Shown here: positions 45,782-57,076 of the stretch, one piece after another
How the letters are laid out: the number at the start of each line of letters is the position of its first letter
Position numbering within the stretch: position 1 is the first letter of the stretch
From: Macrostomum lignano
Lineage: Eukaryota
Reading direction: 5' to 3'
Length of the DNA stretch: 64,000 nucleotides
Assembly: GCA_002269645.1 (NCBI GenBank)
Contig: NIVC01000023.1
Location: forward strand, 1,116,001 to 1,180,000
The notes under the pieces: model-generated
What the model was told of the DNA's origin: nothing
What the model saw: the letters and a program-made list of their open reading frames with translations, nothing else
The model's database searches: none
Position numbers and translations under genes: made by a program

Positions 45782-48700
45782 ATGGATGCTCATTTCGCTA
45801 GCTTGGACTTGAAGTCCCAGACAAACGACAGTGACAATGAACTTTTAAAATACTATGACCAGCACTTCCCGGCTGCGAATCTTACCCAGAAAGACGTAGA
45901 AAATGTTCTGCGAGCAATCTGCGACTGCATGGCCAAGGGGCCGGGTTTTTGGCCGAAAAGACATTCTCCCGGATACTATTGTGTGCTGAGAACGATCGTG
46001 CATATGCGGGATGCAGTGTAAGACACCTGTGGCATATGCTGGTTGAGTGAAACACATGGAATAGTAGAGTGAGAAACCTGGAATAGTAGAGTGAGATGCC
46101 TGGAAAAGTAGAGTGAGACACCTGGAATAGTAGAGTGAGATGCCTGGAAAAGTAGAGTGAGACACCTGGAATAGTAGAGTGAGACACCTGGAATAGTAGA
46201 GTGAGATACCTGGGATAGTAGAGTGAGATACCTGGAATAGTACAGTGAGATGCCTGGAATAGTAGAGTGAGATACCCACCAGGAATAGTAGAGTAAGATA
46301 TATGGGATAGTAGAGTGAGACGCCTGGAATAGTAGAGTGAGACACTTGGAATAGTAGAGTGAGATACCTAGCTGGAATAGTAGAGTGAGATACCTAGCTG
46401 GAATGGTAGAGTGAGATACCTAGCTGGAATAGTAGAGTGAGATACCTAGCTGGAATGGTAGAGTGAGATACCTAGCTGGAATAGTAGAGTGAGATACCTG
46501 GAATAGTAAAGTGAGACACCTGGAATAGTAGAGTGAGATACCTACCTGGAATAGTAGAGTGAGATACCTACCTGGAATAGTAGAGTGAGATACCTGGAAT
46601 AGTAAAGTGAGACACCTGGAATAGTAGAGTGAGATAGAGTGTAGACTGAGACACGTAGGACAGTTTTTAGAGTCGAGTGGAGATACCTGGAATGGCTGGC
46701 TGAGTGAGATAACAAGTATCGAGACAGAGTAAGAGTCAGAACCTCAGACAAACACTTATAAGTCTCAGACGAACAAAACCTCGCCACTCTGACGCCATGC
46801 AGAAAAAATCACACGGAGTGGCTGCCAAACCTTCGGCAAGCGGTCTGGTCTGCCTACTGCGCCTGTTTCGCACACGGCGCCAGCGGATTCACAACGGATG
46901 TGTGGTCCGATTTGCGTCAGACGTTTAAAGATTTGACGTTTAATGTGAGCGATAATTTGCACTGCGTATGCGATTTTTTGACAGACTACTGTCAGTAGGT
47001 CAAAACAGAAACGCTTTTTATTGTTGCGCAAAATTTCAGGAGCCCAACTTTGCTAAGCAGCTTTTGCAGACGATTCCTAAAGCTAGAATTGAAGCCGAAG
47101 CCGATGAAAGAAGCTTGACAGTCTCGCAGATGCGGAGCCACACTGTTTCAACCATGCTGGACAATCTCAGGTCAGTAAGCTCAAAATAAGCTCGAAACTT
47201 GATACATGTAATTCTCAGCACTAGAGACATCTGCGAAGGTTTAACAGTAGGAATGCCAAGCCATTTTTCCGCCCGACGAACTGTAAATATCTTTGATGTC
47301 GCTGACCAATCTTTAATAGACTAGCTGAGACTAACTAGCCAATGATGTCTAGCAGTTCAGGTTTTGCCCATTGTTAAAGCTTGGTCAGCGACATCAAATA
47401 AATTTGCAAGCTTAGGGTGTACATATAGTCACCTGCATGCGGTGCCTGTTGAAGGTCCAAGTTCTTCACGGCGCTCAAGATTTTTTGAATATCTCGACGG
47501 ACAGGAGGCGGCTGGCGACTTGATTCTTGTTTGAGAAGGTGTGCAACAAGAAGTTAGTCTGTGCTCTTCAATTTCGTGTGCCTATGTTGCTTCGTTACGG
47601 CGCAGCAAAAATTGTCAGGGGGTTTTACTGTTAACCTGAAAAAAATGCAGATACTGAAAATAGAAGAAACTCTCAAGGCAGATCGGACGATCTCGTCTTT
47701 CTTTTGAACTTTTTTGGCTCCTGGAAGCCAGTGCAGAGCACAGATCACTTGGTTGTTGATGCTTGCTTCGAATAACTTTGGGCAATGTTAGATATTCGTA
47801 ACTTGGGATTAGAATCTACGAGCCGTAACTAACTCAACTAACTCATCCCTTATGCAATTTTCAGTGATGAAGTTGCATTAGACAACACAGAGGAAATCCA
47901 GGCGCTCTACCTGGACTACGTCAGTCACGGCGGGGCGGAGTACGACGAGATTCGATCCTATTGGGCCTTCGCCCTCGGCTGCCTGGGCAGGAAGCTGGAG
48001 AGCAGCCAATCGGCTCCTATGAGTTCGTCAATTGTTCATGTAAATAAATGACAATTGTTTGCTTAAGGTTGATTTAGGGAACTAATTAATTTAGTGCTTA
48101 GAAAAATGTCTTTATCTTGCTCATACATTTTCGGGTCTCTAGTGGAATTTACACGATATTTGTGCGCATCGTCCTTTTACTCTAAGTGGTCAGAGGCTTG
48201 ATAACAGACTCAGGTTCTAATAGTCCTAATTATTTTATAGTCAACAAAGTATACTCCTCTGGCATACTGTATAATCTACGAAATTTCAGTTCTACGCCAA
48301 AGACGACGCCTTCATGCGACGGCTACTCGGAGCCTTGGATTCGGCAGCCAGTTCGGACCTGTCAGATGATGCCGCTGATAAACTCGACAGAGTCGTCACG
48401 AACTTCGGTTCGGCGCTTTGGTGAGCTAAAAAGCCAGAATTTGAACTGGTTCCAAAAGACGCTGTATCACAGTACGCTGTAAGAGTTGGGCCCGGCACTG
48501 CACTCTTAAGGCCGGTTCACGTTGCCCTCAGTAGCTCAGCGGCCAAAGATGGCTCAAGTCAATACACAGTTGGTTCGGATAGCACTTATGCGAGTAAAAA
48601 GTAAAGACATTTGCCATGGTATACAGTAAAATTTTATTGAGAAGGCGATGGCGCTAATCGTGAGCGGGTCGTACGCTCGTCCGTTAGGAGACCCTTTTTG

Positions 48701-51700
48701 AGTTAAGTTTAGCTACGAGTTCAATCACGCCCCTATTCAGAACCAATGAGATGCATGTAGACTGAGAAGTGCAGTTTTTATTATAAATTTTGTGCATTCG
48801 GCACATGACTCATGTTCAATTGTTCTATGACACACAGCGCCACAAAGGACGTCGATTTCAAGTACCTGTTCAACGATGCCTACCAAGCATGCTTCAAGCT
48901 GTTGAGCAACAAAAAGACATCGAAGTCAGGCGGTTTTTTTCTGCGACGCCTCACTGAATTGGCAATTAGCAAGAAATATACACTGGCGGTAAGTACGCAA
49001 AGCCGAGGATTCAGTAGGAACTCATACGGTACTTTGAAGATTTGGCTAGGATTGCAACATGACTCAGATCATCTGAAGAACAGGCAGTCCAGACAGTAAC
49101 TCGCCGATAAAAAAACCCGCCTACCCAAGAGACTAAGATCGCAGGGGGCTTAGTTTTCTTCCTTGCTTCTTTGCTCGTTTTCTTTTTAAAATCAAAGCGA
49201 CAGTCGAACTGCACTCAGTGAGGAAACAAGAATCAGTCACGTAGTAGTGTGGCCACTAACCCTGACTTTTCTATTGGCCTGCAGGGCCCACTGCCTTGCG
49301 ATTTATGCCAGTTTCAAAGAATTAACTCCAAAATACTCGTACTAGACTAAGCACCTACTCTTTTATTAGTAGTTCGTCTGCGCATTGTCATTTAAATTTT
49401 GGCAGCTCAAGTGTCTTTTCCTTCAGGGTCTGCGGCTTCAGAGCGTATGGGTTGAGAATTAACAACACAGTTATATGACCAATAATAAGGAACACATTTG
49501 ATACAAGTAAACACAAGACGGACGAAACTCAGCCTAGGTGGCAGGCCCAATCTGGCTCAGCCAATGAGGAGCAGTAAGGAGAGAGGTAAAAGTCAGACGG
49601 ACGAAACTCAGCGAGCCTAAGGGCAGGCCCAATCTGGCTCAGCCAATGAGAGAGCAGTAAGGAGAGAGGTAAAAGTCAGACGGACGAAACTTAGCCTAGG
49701 GGGCAGGCCCAATCTGGCTCAGCCAATGAGAGAGCAGTAAGGAGAGAGGTAAAAGTCAGACGGACGAAACTTAGCCTAGGGGGCAGGCCCAATCTGGCTC
49801 AGCCAATGAGAGAGCAGTAAGGAGAGAGGTAAAAGTCAGACGGACGAAACTTAGCCTAGGGGGCAGGCCCAATCTAACTCAGCCAATGAGAGAGCAGTAA
49901 GGAGAGAGGTGAAAGTCAGACACAAGCGGGCAAGAGGAAAGCCAAAAATTTGTCGGCTTGGCTGGGGGCTGCTGGGGCGCTGCCCTTCTCTCTCTTGCTC
50001 GCTATGCACACGCACTGGATTCGGGTTTTTAAGTTTTCCTGCAATCGTCACTCTTAAATAAGTTATCTATTGAAATAACTTCAAGGCTGAGACAGTCTGG
50101 AGTCAGCAAAACAGGCTAAGTTAATGGGTCTGCTTTTAGAAAACCAGAGGCGATGATTGAATATCGAGCAAACTGTAATAAGTTTTCAACTCTGCTCTTA
50201 TAAATATTCAATAATGCGTTTTTAAGCTATTAGAACACTTTTATTGAAGCTCGAGTCTTCAATGGGCAATAAAACTCGTTTTAACTTTCAGGACACGTCA
50301 AGCCTTAGCGAGTTGGTTTCGGGCAAAGCTAACATCGACCTCATCATGCAACGTCCCAATAAATCAGATGATGAAGAATTGACACCGGAGGACGAGATAC
50401 TCAAGAAGGCTCGATACGAGCTATTCCAAAAACTGTTGCCAAGTGCTGCAACTACAGTTGAGGACATGGCCTCGTGCATGCCGTTGTATGTAAAGCTGCT
50501 GAGCGTTTCCTTTAAGCAGTTTGTCGAAAGCATTGAAAAAATGTACTTTGACAATGCTAAGCTGAAGCTCATTCAGTTGAACGCTGCAGTGAGTTTGATA
50601 ATATTACCTTTTTTGCATCCTTGTCGTTTTGTTCCCGAGGTTCGACCCCAAGTTTTAGTGTGTAGCAGCGTTAAATGAGGTTTACTACTGAACTATACTG
50701 AAAGTAAAAATACTTTTTTGTACTCAACAAAAAAACTTTTTCAGAAATTTCAATCGGCTTTCATTTTGTTCATCGAAGAGTGCGCCAATGCTCTGACAAA
50801 ACTAGACGAGTCTGTGCCCGAGGAGAAGCAGGGTGATCCATTGATATACGGACCGGTGCAAAAGCTGGCTTCCATTCTGGAGAAAATGATTGAAAAGCTT
50901 TAGTAAGTGATGGGTGCGATAGTACGAGTAGTGTTTCTTATGTCAGTGAGGTTGATAGTTAAGCCCTATCATGTTGAGAGTGTGTGAGAGTCGATTCGAT
51001 TTGCTTGATTACAAGCCACGCTTCAACTTGACTGACCCTACTGGAGTCCTTGATATAGTTATCTGCTTTGCGGTTTGTATAGCATCTTGGAAAGTATTAT
51101 TCGATATTCGAAGTATCGATTTATTGTTTTAGCAAATCGCCCGGCAAGAAGATCGTGCATGAGAAAGTTACCCAGGCAAAGCTGTTTGAAGTCATGCAGA
51201 AGATGGTGTCCAGTCGAAGTCTTTGCCTTCTCGGTGCAATACGCGGCTTTGACAAGGAAATTTTCAACTGGCCGGCGCTGCAAGATCGTTTTCAAGAAAA
51301 TCTGGATATGCTTGAGGCATTTCTGAATGATAACTTCACTACTATTGAGAGCGTGCACTACGGTATCGGGTTCGCTGTGATCCCGGTAGACTTCATCTTG
51401 TTTATGATGTGAGAAGCATTAAAGCCATGTTTTATCATCTGTTTTCCACACCCTAAGTAAAGGTGGGGTATTGACAGATGAAGTGCTCTACATTGTCAAC
51501 ACAGGAGCGATAGAACTGGCATTCCTCACTGCGGATTTCCCCTAGAGGTAGCAATGCCTAGCGAAGCAGCCATGACCTGAGAGGGCTATGGTTACCGCCC
51601 TGACATCCCAGCGGTAGAGTCCAAGCAAGGGCCCGAACAGGACAGGACCGGTTTTTGAGTCCCTACACGTAGTCAAGTGGTCTTAAACGCTGAGTCAGGA

Positions 51701-54700
51701 ACTCATTACATATACTTTAAGTACTACAAGAGATTCCATTCAAAATCTGTTTACTACTCTTTAGTAGGATACCTTCCTAACTTACTATACCACTCTTCTA
51801 CTTCAAATTTCTGGCAACAAAGCTTTTTACAGCTTCAGAAATACCATATTCTGCCCACCGTAGCAAAAACAAGCCACCGACTGTGTGCAACAGCATGGAA
51901 AGTCTTCGCAAGATTATCGAAACCTGCTTAACTAGCGACATCATGGTGACAATGATGAGCGGGTCGGACATTCTGTCTGCAGAGGGTCTCGTCTTGATCA
52001 ATCTACTCAGCAACCTGATGTCGGCAACTAGCGTTCAGACGGTAAGTTTTCATTTGTCTTTACGTTCCGTTCCTTGATGTGCGCCAGACCCCCCCCCCCA
52101 AATATGACGAAATCTCTAATATGTAAACTCGCCAACCAACTGCTATGCAAATTCCTATACAATTAAGGCCCAAAACTTTATACACCGCTGCCAAATTGTC
52201 AGATGCTGCCTATCAACAAAGAGCTTTACCCGCTGTACGTCAGCATGTGCCGGAAAACCACTGAGTATCCCGAGTCTGGCACAAGCGGAATAATGATTGG
52301 CCTCACAACCTGCCTCGGCTACAGCCCGGATACCGTTTTCCAGTTTCTGCCGCATTTTCCGCTTCTGTTGGAATTTCTACAGGAGCAGAAGACTGCGGGC
52401 TCTCAGATGTTTGGAGCATTGTTTGCGGGACTGTTGCGTGAGTAAATGCACAAAAATGTTTTTTGACTCGAAGAACTAAATCTAAATCTAAACGATAATA
52501 GTCATTCCTTAAAAAATCTTTTGCGAGCAGAATGCCTGCAACTGTCAGCGAAAACGGAGATTCCGGATCAACTAGCCAGCCGGGTTGACCAGCTAATCAG
52601 CTTAAGCAAGGGAGAAGACACTGTGCAAGTACAGATGGTTCAGTTCATCGGGACTGTCTGCAAACTTAACAGCGCCAAATCTGCCGAAAAGATGCGAGAT
52701 TATCTGCTAAGCTTTCTGCAAGGTCCATACGCCGCTATTGCGCTCAGTGGCCTCGCTTCGCTAGCAGAAAATCAACCTCAGGTGATGTCAGGAGCCTTAG
52801 ACCAGCTGGTGACGACAGCGATATCTAACATCGATCTTGTAGCACTCATAATTACTACCATTGATAAAGGAAAGTTTGATGCACCAAAACTAATGACGTC
52901 CATGTGTGAGATTGTAAATCATCACCTTGCTCAAAACTCAGAGGCTAACAAGCTCACCAGCTGTCTCGCGCTGATGCGACGCATCGGAGTCGACAGTCCG
53001 CAGCTGCTGGCCGAGCGAGAGTCCGACATCAAGCGCTGGAAGTCGAGCCCGGCTCTGCTCGACGCCTGCAACCACCTGCTCGATGTGATCGCAAACCGCT
53101 CGCTCGTCGGTCTGGAAGGCCAAATCACCGACCAGAGCGACAAGATCGGCGGACTCGAGCGAGACTTGAGCGACACCGGACACAAAGTCGACGAGGTGTC
53201 GGGTCGCGTGGACGAGACCAGAGACGAGCTCGGACAAGTTCGGGGCAGAGTGGACGCGACGGAGGGCCGCGTGGATGAGCTAAATATCACTGTGGGCGTG
53301 CTGGACGAGAAGGTCAAGGAAATCGATCTCAAGGTGAGTCGCTGAGAAGCCTTCAGCAGGCTCTAATGGCAGATAAAGAAGCCAACTCGCAGTTACAACT
53401 CCACTCCAGACTCTGAACGCGGCTCCTGCGTGGTCTCGCGAAGTGTCCCGCCTGATGAACCCGGAGTCCGACACTGACTGGCGACTGCTGGCTCAGAGAC
53501 TGAACTTCTCGGCCGACGACATTCGAGCATGGGCCACAACTGCGGACCCGTGCATGAGTATGCTGGCCGAGTTCTACACAAACAACCGAGCAGCGGAAGC
53601 GTCCAAGGCTGTGCTGCAGCAGCTCAAGGAGATGAACCGTCTTGACGCAGCGGCCATTGTCGAGGCGTCCATTCTGAACGCAGGTGAGTACGAGCTATCT
53701 GAGCTTGATGCTCAGAGCTGAATCGAGACCACTCGTTGCTCAATTGAATATCTGAAATCGTATCGGAGCTAGCTGCTCGCCGTTTCCATTCAGAGTCCGC
53801 TGCCTCCGACGACCCGGTCGAGTTCACGGCGCCTCGCAACGTCTTCCTCAGCTATCAGTGGGGCCACCAGGCCGAGGTGAAGATGCTCAAGCAGCACCTG
53901 GAGAAGGCCGGGTATCGCTGCTGGATGGACATTGGCCAGATGGGAGGCGGAGACAAGCTGTTCTCGGCCATCGATGCTGGAATTCGGTCAGCCAAGGTGG
54001 TCATTGCGTGCGTGACGGACAAGTACTCCAAGTCGGACAACTGCAGACGAGAGGTGAGCGTGTTTATCCTGAGTTCATCCTTGCAGTAGAGTAGCTACAT
54101 GTGTGCTCACACATACATGTGCCGCTCTCATCTCCAATTTGCAGCTGAACCTGTCCGTGTCGCTGAACAAGCACCTGATCCCGGTGCAGCTCGAGCGAGT
54201 CTCTTGGCCTCCGGAAGGAGCCATGGGACCTCTGCTGACCGAGTACCTGTACATCCGCTTGTTCGATCGGAGCGGCAAGGCGTCCGGCTCCGGCGGAGTG
54301 TTCTGGCCGCCGGACAAGTTCATGGAGCTGCTGGTTCAGATCCGGTTGGCCGTGGCGCCCGACTACGACTCGGTGAGTGCAGAGTACGCGAACTGGTGGC
54401 AGCCGCCCAGCGCCGACGAAACCATCGTGCTGCCCGACCGGAAGGAGGCCTCCAAATCGGACGCCAAGACCAAGACGAGCTCGGCCGACAGCCGCGACGC
54501 TCCGCCTGCCGCTCCGCAGGTGTTCCTGTCCTACCAGTGGTCCAAGCAATCAGAAGTGAAGGCGCTCTACTCTCGACTCTGCAGTCTTGGCTTCACCTGC
54601 TGGATGGACATCTTCCAGATGGGAGGCGGCGACTCGCTCTACGAGAAGATCGACCGCGGAGTTCGCGGCTGCAGCGTCGTTGTCGCCTTCGTCACTCCCA

Positions 54701-55437
54701 AGTACGCCGCCTCGCCCAACTGCAGGCGAGAGGTAAGCCTCGCCGACGCCATCCGCAAGCCGATCGTTCCGGTGATGCTGGAGAAGATGGCGTGGCCGCC
54801 CGAGGGTCCGATGTCGATGCCGCTCACGCAGCTCATCTACGTGCAGATGTACAAGGACGCGGACGACCAGCTGACGTGGCGCGGCGAAAAGTTCGAGGAG
54901 CTTCACGCCAGACTGCGGCAGATTGTGCCGGCGCCTGCGGCAGAGGCTGCAGCTGGATGGCAGGCGAAGAGCGGAGCTGAAGCGGCGGCTGGTGGGCAGG
55001 CGAAGAGCGGAGCTGAGGCGGCGGCTGGTGGGCAGGCGAAGAGCGGAGCTGAAGCGGCGGCTGGTGGGCAGGCGAAGAGCGGAGCTGAGGCTGCGGCTGG
55101 TGGGCAGGCGAAGAGCGGAGCTGAGGCGGCGGCTGGTGGGCAGGCGAAGAGCGGAGCTGAAGCGGCGGCTGGTGGGCAGGCGAAGAGCGGAGCTGAGGCG
55201 GCGGCTGGTGGGCAGGCGAGGAGCGGAGCTGAGGCTGCGGCTGGTGGGCAGGCGAGGAGCGGAGCTGAGGCTGCGGCTGGTGGGCAGGCGAAGAGCGGAG
55301 CTGAGGCTGCAGAGGCTGCAGAGGCTGCAGAGGTTGGCGGGCCTGTGAGCCTGCCTCCGCTGAGCGAGAAGAAGCGGGAGAAGCTGGCGAGGGTGCAGAG
55401 CGCCGCCGGTCGCTCGAAGACGTGCAACGTTCTGTGA
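45782..55437 (+). CDS. Large helical-solenoid / coiled-coil / Death / TIR / TIR / CaaX protein, ~1579 aa, 15 exons
   Basis: Exons 45782-46017, 46803-46944, 47040-47170, 47865-48039, 48290-48420, 48838-48988, 50292-50588, 50745-50902, 51133-51408, 51864-52041, 52203-52437, 52531-53333, 53410-53683, 53794-54053 and 54145-55437. All are GT-AG and phase-compatible (4740 nt), and exon limits are mirrored in the paralog. Death domain DWRLLAQRLNFS..DI...ML.EF...L..L.EMNR.DAA.IV. Two TIR_2-type domains VFLSYQW...CWMDI.QMGGGD.L...ID.G.R....V.....KY..S.NCRRE. Ends CNVL-stop. Confidence 0.85.
46060..46635. repeat. 22-bp intronic minisatellite (TGGAATAGTAGAGTGAGACACC)
   Basis: Direct reading; intron 1 of the TIR gene. 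Confidence 0.92.
49515..49925. repeat. ~80-bp tandem repeat, ~5 copies, two CCAAT motifs per unit
   Basis: Unit GACGGACGAAACTTAGCCTAGGGGGCAGGCCCAATCTGGCTCAGCCAATGAGAGAGCAGTAAGGAGAGAGGTAAAAGTCA; intron 6. Confidence 0.92.
51518..51656 (+). ncRNA. Putative structured ncRNA or short Pol III-type element, copy A (family unknown; 5' end undefined)
   Basis: Shares a ~60-nt core with 59581-59641 (GGCATTCCTCACTGCGG..GAGGTAGC.ATGC.TAGCGAAGCAGCCATGAC) and CAAGGGC..GAAC; ends in TTTTT; lies in intron 9. Confidence 0.5.
54939..55305 (+). repeat. Coding 36-bp minisatellite, 10 copies, encoding AEAAAGGQAKSG
   Basis: In frame between TIR2 and the C-terminal polybasic/CaaX tail. Confidence 0.93.
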
Positions 55438-56410
55438 TCGGATTTCCATAAAGAGTTGACTCTACTTTTTTCGTTAAGACTGTTTTTGGACTCTAGATAA
55501 CTAATACACCCAAATTTTATTAACTGATTTGCGCAAGTGCTAATCATGTCAACCCAATTGGACTGCCTAAGCGCGTTTTTCAACTGTCGATTAAACCCTT
55601 GTTGCGGCTGCTAAAGGCTTTCCTTTTGGTTGGTTGCACTGTAATTCGACCTTTATTGAATGTTTTTATTCTTAACTTTATGTTTATTATTTGTTAGTAT
55701 TTTACCTAATCTTTAGCAATTAATACCTTCCCTGACCTATATAAAATAGATTATTATCAATACTTTTAGCGCGTTATTTATGCTCAGCCCCTGCTGCTCT
55801 TTTATTTGCTTTTGTAGCGTCTGACTGCTAATCTGCCGCCTTCTACGTCAACAATTTTCAAATGAGAGTCGTTTAAAAGATTGTTTATTTGCTTATCATA
55901 TACGTTTTTCTGACTTCCACATTTTATGAATCAGTTTTTAGTTATTTTTAGACTATTCTATGACTATGACAGATCAGGCTGTCAGAGTACCGAATAGGAG
56001 TCAGTTTGAGCTCTAGGATTTTATTGGAATCGACCGGTTTCGTTGGTTATACCTTCATCAACTTCAAATAGGTGTATTTATGGTTACACGCTTTTCGCGG
56101 CATACTGTTCAATATCTTGGACAATAGCTGGCGTTTCTATGACTTTTCTCATAGCAACAAATTTTATTGAAGTCAAAGTAGACAGACAAATCGATTTTAA
56201 TAATACTGTAGTGTAACATGTGTTGTATTGTGCTTATTTAGTGTTTTGAAATTCGCTGTCAAACTTTTAACTCCTAAGTCTGATAACGTAATTTTTTTTC
56301 TTAGCAACCTTTTCTTGGAGGTCTATACATATACCATATTGCAAGTGCTCACGACAACTACTCAAGTAGCCGTGTTGGAAATTAATCCTTTTTATTTTTA
56401 TTAGAGACAA

Positions 56411-56768
56411 GGGCTGTACGCATCCTGGCACACTTTTGTGACATTGTCACACAACAGGCGAGATGCATTATTACCAATTCCGCCGACTCCCCTGAGCAGG
56501 CACACAAGCGCGCGGATACGTACGCAGTCACACGCACAGGCATTCACTCAGTCACACAGGAGTGTACAGCGGCCCTAACTTTATTTATCGTTAGGCATGT
56601 ACACTTCACTGTGCCTTGGGGGTTGGTTCTCAAACTGGACGTTAATTGCACGAGCAGAGCCAAGCCGAGATTCCAATTTAGCCCCAATATTAATGTGACT
56701 GCACTTGGAATCGAGCCTGAACCGCTGGCACCCGAGAGCGCCGCGCTGGAACCTGGGCTATGGCACCC
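56411..56768 (-). mobile_element. SINE family A, full-length copy
   Basis: Reverse complement starts GGTGCCATAGCCCAGG...GGCTCGATTCCAAG (tRNA-like A/B boxes), followed by the hairpin core and the tail shared with 4781-4920. Confidence 0.82.
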
Positions 56769-57076
56769 TGGAATTGACAGTTATTTCATACTATCTTATT
56801 GCGTATCTATCTTCTGCGTAAATACAATATTTAAATTGACAAATAAACTACAGCGTATAACTGTTTTATCTTGGGAGATTCGTTTGATTCATTTTCACTA
56901 GCTGCTAGCTAAATTTAAATCGAATTGGCTACATCGAATTCTGTGAGGTCGTTTAAAACGCACAGAACAGGATTTCATGCAGAACTGTTGAGTATTACTT
57001 TAAAATATAAAGATTACACGTGAATTTACAGCCTCGCATTTCGAACAAGTTCCAGAACAAATTAGCTACGAGCGTA

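Noticed and set aside
49515-49925. Hammerhead ribozyme in the 80-bp repeat (GTC-AGACG-GAC-GAAAC)
   Set aside because: The required CUGANGA core is absent before stem II (the sequence reads GGTAAAA) and no stem III/UH site is evident.
54550-55583. Antisense and alternative-frame ORFs over the TIR exon, and similar ones over PFAS, Vav-like and lectin exons
   Set aside because: Shadow ORFs of GC-rich coding sequence with no recognisable motifs.
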